Origin: Zygnema circumcarinatum SAG 698-1b
Taxonomy: Eukaryota; Plantae; Zygnematophyceae
DNA length: 64,000 nt
Reading direction: 5' to 3'
Assembly (NCBI GenBank): GCA_037447605.1
Contig: CM074822.1
Span: forward strand, 1,387,492-1,451,491
Positions within the stretch are counted from its first letter, which is position 1. The number at the start of each line of letters is the position of its first letter. A model generated the notes under the pieces. That model made no database searches, had not been told where the DNA came from, and saw nothing but the letters and a program-made list of their open reading frames with translations. Below, piece by piece: positions 23,301 to 32,260 of the stretch. Both the position numbers and the translations under genes were made by a program.

Positions 23301-26300
23301 CTTCCCTCCACTCTCTTCTCCTCTTTTCTCTTTCACTTTTTACCTCTCTTGTTGCGCCTCTCCCTCTATCTCTCATTGCCAGGCAACACTCGTCGTGTTG
23401 CTCGAAAAGGACCAACCTCTCCCACATCCGTTTCACAACGAGGACGCGCAGATGATCAAGGAAGACGATTCCACATTCAGCGATGAAGAAAAATGCAGAA
23501 AATGCAGCAGTCTGAAACAGTCCAAAACATACCTAAAGGGGTCCCATAAACCTTTACTTCGCATAGAGTGAGGAAATTTGTTGTTGGAATGTACACCCAA
23601 ACGAATCGTCCGACCAGCGAGGCACACCTCTTGACGAACGGAAAGGCCTTGCCAAATTTGTGAAACCGGTAAACGTTAGTGGGGTCGCACTCCGTGTTCC
23701 CAATTGCATTCCATGTGTCATTGTAAATTCCGATCCACACCTGCGCTTCATTCAACTGTTCTTGTAGGGAATCTGTTCTCCCATACAACAAAACAGTGTC
23801 CACAACTGCAGTACGAACTAAATCCACCTTCCACCACCTTTTATAATATGTGCTCGCGCACGTATCTTCTCCATAATCTGCTCTGCCATTGCCGTTGTAG
23901 CCGTCCACAGCCCTATCAGCGGTCCAGTTCAGGAAAGTGTTCTCCTGAAATGCGGGCTTATGGAGAGCCAGATTGTCTGCAATCTCCAGTTGAAAAATAA
24001 TAAAATACTAACAAGCAGAAGTATATACAGTCATCTTAATGTGAAACATAATTGCAATTTTTCATCCACCAAAAACAAATATTCACGTCCTATGCATAAA
24101 GCTTAGAATAACTCATCCAAATACACAACTGCTCGACAAATACTAGTCAGACTTAACCATCCGAATATCTTTATCCGCCTGTTCGATTCTCAATCATTCT
24201 CATTGATAGAACATGAATTCTGAAAAACAATTTATGAAGGCTAAACATGACTTCGCTCGAACAACGACGAATGTAACCTTCATATTTCTCTAGGAATGTG
24301 ATCAGAAACTTAAATTTCAACTGGAAAAAGAAACGTTCGAAAGAGAAACACACAACCGAGGTGCATAGTTTGAAGGAGAAGGTCCTATAGTGCGACATAT
24401 GTGGTCTTTTGCATCAACGTGGCTGACCCCGGTTGAATTCATTGCTACCAATAAAATTATCTCGTCCTCTCACCTCTCGGAGGTGGAGATGGCGGGCTTG
24501 GAGGTGGCGGCGGTGGGCTTGGCGGAGGTGGACCAAGTGCTGCACAGCCGCACACGAAGAACTGAGTATCAAGACGTAGGTCTTTTCCGTTTTAGAAAGA
24601 AGTTGATTGACAAGACTTAGAATTAAGCAGGAAAAACCTGCAATAATCTGCAAAACCGCAAAAACATACGATCCTGTGCGTGACAGACAAAAGGAAAAAA
24701 AAATTCCCCTCCCATCCCCATCGCTGGTAAAGATGCTAAGGCCAGAAAATTTCAAAATTTGTTCCTCCTGTCAACAACCGCTCTCACCTCCTCCTTGAAC
24801 TTCCACTCGTTACCTCTCATGTTGCCTCTTTCCCATTATCTCTCAGTCCCTGTCTTTCACCTCTCCAGCCAATCACTCGCTGCACAGTCGTGGACGGGAT
24901 ATGAGGCCGTGCTCAGCCCAGCCAACACTCGAGTTCCTCAAAAAGGACCAACCGCTTACACATCCGTTTCACAACGAGCAGACGCGCAGATAATCAATGG
25001 GAGTCGATTCCACATTCATTGAGGTCAAAGAAAACAAGGCGTACTGTTCTAAGTCATAACCGGCATCACGAAAAAACACACGCAACGAGGAGTTCCTAAA
25101 TTCACCCGTCTGAAGCAATCCAACACATACCTAGAGGTGTTCCATAAACCTTCACTTCGCATAAAGGGAGGTAGGTGAAGGTTGGAAGGTACACCCAAAC
25201 GAAACGTCCGACAACGGAACACCTCTTGACGAACGGGACGCCAATGTTTGTGGCGTTGAGCACGTTAGTGGGGTCGCACTCTGTATTCCCTATTCCTTTC
25301 CACGTGCCATTGTTAAAACCGATCCACACCGTCACTCCATACAAGAAATGTTGGTAGTAATCTTTCGTCCCATACACCAAAACAGTGTCCACAACTGCAC
25401 TACGAACTAAATCCACCTTCCACCAAATTGGAGGCCCATCATCTAAGGTAGTCATCGCGCATGTATATGTACTGAAGTAGCCGAGGCCTTCGTCGCCGTC
25501 CACAGCTTTATCAGCTGTGTAAAGGGAATAAAAATTGTTCACCTGAAATGAAGGCTTATGGAGGGCCAGATTCTCTGCAAACTCCAGTTGAATAACAATT
25601 ACATACAAACACACGATTTCACTCATGTGAGGGACACATGGGGAAGATACATCTCAAACATGATAAACACGCACGCATTGAATGTGATTCCTATGAACGC
25701 ATTTACAGTACCAACCGTCTCCTGTCGCTCATTATGATCCCCATTGCCTCAATTCATTCTCTTGCAATGGCCCTCTTAGTTTTTTTTTCTTTCAAACGAC
25801 CAAAATCCCGCACTTTTTTGTCTCTCCCTCCTATTCTCCTGATTCTCTTACGCCCACCACGCCATTTTCAACTCTCATTGATCCTTTTCTTAATTAATCT
25901 TCTCGGTTCTCTCTTTTCTCTTACTTATTTCGTTTCAACCCAAACGATTCACTCTTTACATCTTCTCCATTGAATGACACCCTATCCATTTTTTCCTCAC
26001 TTTTGTGCTCAACCACCCGTTTTTCTCTTTCTCTCTCCTGTGATCTGCTCTCTCCTTTTCTTTCCCAAGCCTTAATCACTTTTTCCTCCTCTCTCCCCCC
26101 CCACAAAATATATTGACGTTCTAATGGCATAGAAATTAGAATAACTCATCCAAATACACAACAACTGCTCGACAAAAAATGGCCCGACTTAACCATCCAA
26201 ACATCTTCATCCGCCTCTTCTATTCTCAATCATCGTCAACGATAGAGCATCAAATCTGGAGCACATCTTAAGAAGTATAAACATGATTTCGCTAGAACAC

Positions 26301-29300
26301 CGACGAACATACCCTTTATACTTCTTCAGGACTGGGATAGTAAATGATATTTCAACTTGATAAGGAAACGCGCCTTAGCAAAAGGCACAACCAAGATGCA
26401 CGGTTTGAAGGAGAAGGTCGTGCAGCGCGGTATGCATAGAACCTCCATTGGGAAAACGCATCTGACCCTCATTGAATCCATTGCTACAAATGGAGTCATC
26501 TCGTCCTCTTACCTCTCGGAACTGGAGATGGAGGGCTTGGAGGTGGGGCAAGTCCTGCACAGCCGTACAAGAAGAAGTATCAGGCGTGGTTCCTTTCCGT
26601 TTTAAACAGTAGTTGATCAAGAAGCCTCTGAATTAAGCATGAAAACACCTCCAATTACATGATAAACCACAAAACGTACAATCCTGTGTTCGACGGACAA
26701 AACAAAAGAAAATTTCCAAACCCATCGCTAGCAAAAATGCTAAGGCCAGAAAAACTCAGAATTTGTTTCTCCAATCATCAACCGCTCTGCCTTTACAGTC
26801 CAGGTATTTAATATCTCTCCATTAATCCTCCTCTTCGATGCTCTCCTTGGATGCATAAAGTTCAAACTTCAACTTCAAAGCACGTCGATTCTCCCTTCCC
26901 CCTCTCCTCTCTAAATCTATCCTTGTCCTGTTTTATCTTTCACTCTTTACCTCGCCTGTCGCGCCTCTCCCGCTAACTCTCACTCCCAGCCAACACTCGT
27001 GTTGCTCAAAAAGGACCAACCACTCACACATCCGTTTCACAACGTGCAGATGCGCTGATAATCAATGGGAGCCCATTTCACGCTCAGCAAGGTCAAAGGA
27101 AAATAGACGCACTGATCTAAGTCATAACCGGCATCAAGAAAACGTGAACCGAGGATTTCCTGAATGCATCCATCTGAAACAATCCAAAGCTTACCGATAA
27201 ATGCTCCATAAACCTTCACTTCGCACAGATCGAGCCAATTATAGGAGTCGGTTACTCGGTACACCCAAACGTAACGTCCGACAAGGTCGGAACACCTCTT
27301 GACGAACGGGAAGCTATTGTTCATGTTTATTGTTAACTCGAAAGTGTTCCAGGGTTCGCACTCTGTGTTCCCTACTCCATTCCACGTTTCATTGTTAATT
27401 CCGATCGTCACCTTCACTACATTCGATTGCCGTTCAGTCAAGATGGACGATTGACCCACATAAATCAAAACTGTGTCCACAAGTGCACTACGAACTAAAT
27501 CCACCTTCCACCAAGTTGGTGGTAGCCCATGAGTTAAAGTGCAAGACTGTCCATTGCCGTCCACAGCCCAATCGGGGTGATCATATTTGTTTGATCCAGC
27601 CAGAAATGCGGGCTTATGGAGAGCCAGATTTTCTGCAATCTCCAGTTGAAAAACAATTAGATACCAAAAAGCAGAATTATATATGCGGTCATCTTATTGT
27701 GGAACGTAAATGCAATTTTTCATCCACAAAAATAATATAATGACATTCCTATTCATGTGTGTAACTCATCCAAATACACAACTACTCGACAAAACTTAAC
27801 AGAACAAACACCTTTATCTGCCCCTTCAATTCTCAATCATCGTCATTGGCCGAGCATAAAATCTGGAGCACAACTTAATAACGATAAACATGACTTTGCC
27901 ACGATTGTAATATTTAGATTTCTTTAGGATGGGATAAGATAACTAAATTTCAACTGAATTAAACGCTCTGAAACAAAAGATAGAACCGAGGTGGAAGGTT
28001 TGAAGGAAGGTCGCATAGAGCGGCATCCATAGTGTGATGGTTAGTGATGCTGCAGGTTGTACTGACGTGTGTACGGAGGTTGCATGGGCATGTGTACGGA
28101 CATGTGTACGGATGAAAGAGGATCATTTGTGTGAGAGTATTCGGGAATGTACGAGGAGGACGCAAAGAGGCAGATGAAGCATCACAGGAAGATGAAGAGT
28201 TCAGGAAGGAGAATTCTAGAAGCAGAGACTGAGAGTAGAAAGAAGAGCAGCCAGAGAGCAAGCATAGAAGGAAGGAAGAAGGCAGAAGGAGTGAAGAGCA
28301 GAAAAGCTGAGCAGCAGAGGAAGAGAGAGAGAGAAGAATGAAGAGAAATGTATGAAGGCTTTTTATGAAATAAAGAAAGTGTTATGGAAATTTCCTGATG
28401 TCTTGTGAATGATCTTGATGGGACTGAGAGGTGTGTCCATCGTATGAATGTTGTAAGTGGAAATGTTTTCTTTGTCACATAGAACCTCTTTTGGACATCG
28501 CATCTGACCCTGATTGAATACATTGCTACATTGCTATATTGCATTTCATCTCGCCCTCTTACCTCTCGGTGGAGGGCTGGAGGTGGACGTGATGGCGGTG
28601 GCCTTGGAGGTGGTGGTGGCGGTGGGCTTGGCGGAGGTGGACCAAGTGCTGCACAGCCGTACACGAAGGACTAAGTATCTTGGTTGCTTTCCGTCTTTAG
28701 AGAGTAGTTGATTGTTCTTAATCTAAGTCATAACCGGCACCTAAAAAAGGAACGTACTACGAAATGTTACTGAAGCCATCCGTGGGGATTAATGCAAGAC
28801 ATACCTAAAAATGTTCCATGAACCTTTACTTCGCAAAGAGTGAGAACAGTATAGATTGGAAGGTACACCCAAACGAAACGTCCAACCAGCGAGGAACACC
28901 TCTTGACGAACGGGAAGCCATCGCTTGTGGGGCCGTACACAAAAACATTAGCGGGGTCGCACTCTGTGCTCCCTGTTCCATTCCAAGAGTAAGAGGGGAG
29001 GGGAGGGGAGGGAGGAAGGAAGGGAGGGAGGGGAGAGAGTAAGAGGCATTGGCATTGTAAAGTCCAATCCATACCTGCACTCCATTCAACCGTCTTTGGG
29101 CGGCATCTGTTCTCCCATACAATGCAACAGTGTCCACAACTGCACTACGACCTAAATCCACCTTCCACCAAATTGGTGGCCCAATATCAGTGGTAGTGCT
29201 CGCGCATGTATCTTCTCCAGCATCTGCTCTGCCATTGCCGTTGTAGCCGTCAACAGCCCTATCAGCGGTCCAATTCAAGTAACTGCTCGCCTGAAATGCG

Positions 29301-30781
29301 GGTTTATTGAGAGCCAGATTCTCTGCAATCTCCGGTTGAAAAACAATAACATACAAACACACGATTTCACTTATGTGAGGGACGACTGGGGGAGATACAA
29401 ATCAGACATGATAACCACACACGCATTGAATGTGATGCCAATGTAACGCATTTACAGTACCAACCATCTCCTGTCCACCCTCTTATAATCCCCACTGCCT
29501 CAATTCATTCTCATCCTTTGCAATGGCTCTCTTAGTCCATTTTCCTTGCTTACTACGTCTAAACTCCCGCCCTTCCCTGTCTCTACCTTCTATTCTCCTG
29601 ATTCTCTTACGCCCACCGCCATTTTCCTCTCTCACTGATCATTTTCTTAATTAATCTTCTCGGTTCACTATTTTCTCTTTCTTATTTCGTTTGGCCCCTA
29701 ACGATCTGTTCACATTTTATCACCTTCTCCATTGAATGACACCCTATCCAAATATTCCTCACTTTTGTCCACAACCACTCGTTTTTACCTCAACAGTGTT
29801 CTGCTCTCTCCTTTCTCTCCCAAGCCTTACTCACTTCATCCTCTTCTCTCCACCTTCCTCTCCAGTTTCTTCCATGCTCTACCTTTCCCCTCCCGTCTTC
29901 CCTCCCCCCTTGCCCTTCCCCTTGCCCTTGTCCTCCTCTACATATCCTCCCCTCCCCCGATGCCCTACAACCTTGCCCTCCCCCACTGCGCTTGCCCTCT
30001 CCCCATGCCCTCCCCCCTGCCCTTGACTTTCCCCCCTTGTCCTTCCAACCCCCCTTGCCACCCCACATTGCCTTCCCCCTCCCCTTCTCCTTCCCCTTGC
30101 CCCTGCACTCCCCCCTTGCCCTCCCACCTTGTCCTTACTCCCTGCCCTTGCCCTCCTCCCTATGTCCTCCCCTCCCCCCATGCCCTCCCCCGTTGCCCTC
30201 AGCCCTGGCCCTCTCCCCCTGCACTCACCCGAAAGCCCTTAGCCTCCCCCCCTTGTCCTCCCTTCCCCCTCTGGCCTCCCACCTTCATCACTCCCTGCCC
30301 TTGCGCCCTTGCCCTCACGCCCTTGTCCTCCCCTCCCCTCTGCCCTCCCCCCTTTCCCCCTCCCCCCTTGCCATCCCCCCCTTGCCCTCCCCCCCTTCCT
30401 TCCCCCCTTTCCCCCCTGCTATCCACCCCCTGTCGTCCACCTCTTGCCCTCCCCCCCGCCCTCCCCCTTTGTCCTTCCACCTTGACCTCCTCCTTGCCCC
30501 TGCCCACCCCCCTACCCCTCCCCCCCTTGCCCTCCCCCCCTGCCCTCCCCCCCTTCCCCCTCACCTCCTGCCCCCATCCCCCTCGCACTACCCCCCTTCC
30601 CCTTCCCCCCCTGCCCTCCCCCTCCTTTCCCTCCNNNNNNNNNNTGGCCTCCCCCTTCTGCCCTCCCCTCCCCCCCTCCCCTCCCCCCTGGCCCTCCCCT
30701 CCCCCCCTTCTCACCTTCCGCTTTGCAGCATCCCACAACGAGGAGGACGAGTGCGACCCATCCGACCCATTGCCGGCCCAT
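13613..30781 (-). CDS. Multi-exon secreted chimeric lectin: signal peptide - (F-type lectin - Ser/Pro-rich spacer)x8 - F-type lectin - L-type lectin; 19 coding exons, ~1,850 aa if lesions are repaired
   Basis: Manual splice reconstruction: all donors are G|gt and all acceptors are yag| in phase 1, so frames join (AE-E-NLAL; FL-A-LGPPP; LR-D-NLAL; FL-A-TSTP). Four exons carry frame-breaking lesions. Confidence 0.85.
14922..15367 (-). CDS. F-type lectin exon A; 1-nt deletion near the 3' end
   Basis: DNLAL..PAYQ...SVDG...CAIIT...WWKVDL...YGRTDVGQERLNG...TECDP...KRCSSLVG. Length is 446 bp, so LCEVKVYG falls in another frame. Confidence 0.85.
15866..15970 (-). CDS. Ser/Pro-rich spacer exon A
   Basis: 105 bp, tag|...|gtaag: [34 protein letters not shown]. 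Confidence 0.85.
16800..17246 (-). CDS. F-type lectin exon B (intact)
   Basis: 447 bp, open: NLALHKPAFQ...RAVDG...CARTYG...GRTDVPGEFFN...LCEVKVYGTLL. Confidence 0.9.
17691..17789 (-). CDS. Ser/Pro-rich spacer exon B
   Basis: 99 bp, cag|...|gtaag: [32 protein letters not shown]. Confidence 0.85.
18429..18874 (-). CDS. F-type lectin exon C (TAA plus 1-nt deletion near the 3' end)
   Basis: Near-identical to exon A. Reads WVAPPRV-TAA-SDFT and has lost one t before tgcgaa; length 446 bp. Confidence 0.85.
19370..19474 (-). CDS. Ser/Pro-rich spacer exon C
   Basis: 105 bp, paralog of spacer A with the same splice sites. Confidence 0.85.
20291..20731 (-). CDS. F-type lectin exon D (intact)
   Basis: 441 bp, open. 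Paralog of B, with the loop changed to GIGDITRGLFN. Confidence 0.9.
21190..21294 (-). CDS. Ser/Pro-rich spacer exon D
   Basis: 105 bp: [34 protein letters not shown]. Confidence 0.85.
21934..22377 (-). CDS. F-type lectin exon E (intact)
   Basis: 444 bp, open: CASTYYKRWWKVDL...GRTDSLQEQLN...LTLCEVKVYG. Confidence 0.9.
22789..22893 (-). CDS. Ser/Pro-rich spacer exon E (copy of D)
   Basis: Appears identical to 21190-21294 at an offset of 1599 bp. Confidence 0.8.
23533..23976 (-). CDS. F-type lectin exon F (copy of E)
   Basis: Appears identical to 21934-22377 at an offset of 1599 bp. Confidence 0.85.
24474..24539 (-). CDS. Ser/Pro-rich spacer exon F
   Basis: 66 bp, cag|...|gtgag: [21 protein letters not shown]. 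Confidence 0.85.
25131..25574 (-). CDS. F-type lectin exon G (intact)
   Basis: 444 bp, open: NLALHKPSFQ...KAVDG...CAMTT...GTKDYYQHFLY...LPLCEVKVYG. Confidence 0.9.
26513..26554 (-). CDS. Ser/Pro-rich spacer exon G
   Basis: 42 bp, cag|...|gtaag: [13 protein letters not shown]. Confidence 0.8.
27195..27632 (-). CDS. F-type lectin exon H (intact, most divergent)
   Basis: 438 bp, open: NLALHKPAFLAGSNKYDHPDWAVDG...CTLTH...WWKVDL...LDLCEVKVYGAFI|gtaag. Confidence 0.88.
28563..28648 (-). CDS. Ser/Pro-rich spacer exon H (1-nt deletion)
   Basis: 86 bp. Reads ccagccct where the paralogs have ccaagccct. Confidence 0.8.
28805..29322 (-). CDS. F-type lectin exon I, disrupted by a 50-bp insertion
   Basis: 518 bp. 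Removing 50 bp between the repeats agagtaagag (28986 and 29036) gives an open 468-bp exon containing GRTDAAQRRLN. Confidence 0.85.
29880..30714. repeat. C-rich (G-rich on the sense strand) low-complexity tract within intron 1
   Basis: (ccct/cccttgc)n with an N gap at 30635-30644. Confidence 0.85.
30715..30781 (-). CDS. First exon: signal peptide of the lectin gene
   Basis: ATG at 30781: MGRQWVGWVALVLLVVGCCKAE, then G|gtgag. It has a basic n-region, a hydrophobic core and a C-K-A cleavage-like site, and its phase 1 matches the downstream acceptors. Confidence 0.75.
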
Positions 30782-31676
30782 TGCGCACCGAAACCTCTAC
30801 TGCCCTCGTCTCTGAACTCTACTGACTGACTAACCAGCTCTTCCTCTCTCACATGCTTCCTTTTCTAGCTTACCTCCATGTGACGTCACGTTCGGAGTCC
30901 AGTTGGCATTCGGATACGGTTAAAAGTGACGTCGGATGGGCTCGTAAGGCTCGTACGATTCGTATGTCGTTTTTTGTGTTTGGCACGTGGCGGGCTGCCC
31001 GCTGCGCCGCGGTGGTTTTATTGGTCCTGCGGGCTTCTAATGGCACTTACGACGAAAAAAGTCGTCGTTTCTCTGGCAAGGCATCTATTTTTGTCTTTCA
31101 GTATTACTGACGACATGCGTTTCGTCAACTTTAATCCAGAACGAGTAATTAATAACCGTCAGATCCTTCCTCAGAATTGTACTTAGTTCAAGTTCACGTC
31201 TTTTTGTGACGCTTATCGTAAGATTTTGCTAAGTTTGACATGCCCTATGTATGTAAGTACAGCTCGTACGGAACGACACCTACAGTACTTGCTCCAGCCG
31301 AATGGCGTACGGATGGCTGTTAATTTTTGTGGTTTTAACCCCACCTCCCCCAGGTGCACCGAACTGTGAGACTGGCGCACGGTTTTCGAGGGCATCTTTG
31401 TCACTTCATGCTTCACACCTCCCCCAGTTGCCCCGAACTGTTAAACAGGCGTAGGAAAAAAGTGTTTTTTGTCGTTTTGTGCGTCTCACCTCCCCTTTTT
31501 GTCGTTTCTTCAGTCACCAACGCACCTGCCCGTTTTTACCGCCCAATGGAATAACCCAATTTTAGGAATAATATCGATCCGAGGCTGGACCAATCTCCGC
31601 ACCAATCAGACAGCGCGCAGCGCGTCTTGGACTGGCTCTCGACAGTCGGGTCGCGACAAAAAGCCGCGAACAGCAA

Positions 31677-32260
31677 TTAGGGTTTGGGTTTAGGGTCTCA
31701 GAGGGGGAGCAGAGCGGCCCGAGTATGGGCTTCAGGGTTTAGGGTTTAGGGTTTAGGTTTCAGGGTTTAGGTTTCAGGGTTCAGGGTTCGGGGTTCAGGG
31801 CTTAGGGTTCGGGCTTCAGGGTTTAAGGTTCAGGGTTCAGGCTTCTGGATTCTTGGTTTAGGTTTCGGGCTTACGGTTTAGGGTTCAGGGTTCAGGGTGT
31901 AGGGTTCAGGGTTTAGGGCTCGGGCTACAGGGTTTAGGTTTCGGGCTTCAGCGTTTAGTGTTCAGGGTTGAGGGTGTAGGGTTCGGGCTTCAGGGTTTAG
32001 GGTTTGGTGATTTAGGGCGTAGGGTTTATGCTCTAAGATTTAGGGTTTAGGGCTAGGATTAGGGTTTATGGTCAGGTTCAGGGTTCAAGGCTCAGAGGTA
32101 GAATTTAAGGTTAGGGATTTAGGGTTTCCCAGGGTTTAAGGTTTAGGGTTAAGGGCTTAGGGTTTAAGGTTTAGTGTTGAGGCTGTAGGGTTGTAACGTT
32201 AGGGTTTATGGTTTAGGGTAGAAGGTTTCGCGTTTAGGGTTCAGGGTTTAGGGAGAGAGA
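31677..32260 (+). repeat. Interstitial degenerate telomere-like repeats (TTTAGGG/TTCAGGG/TTAGGG variants)
   Basis: Runs such as agggtttagggtttaggtttcagggtttagg; a shorter block lies at ~32420-32465. Confidence 0.8.

Noticed and set aside
14922-29322. Repeat-spacer pattern as a CRISPR array, or as nine separate genes
   Set aside because: Units are 1.6-2 kb exon-intron cassettes in a eukaryote. The hydrophobic N-termini in the ORF track (e.g. FCLLPFFFFFH) are translated polypyrimidine tracts, and no unit has its own start and stop.
29732-30829. Pro-rich plus-strand ORFs (365 and 277 aa)
   Set aside because: Antisense read-through of the low-complexity intron 1. Only the minus-strand 67-bp exon has splice and signal-peptide support.
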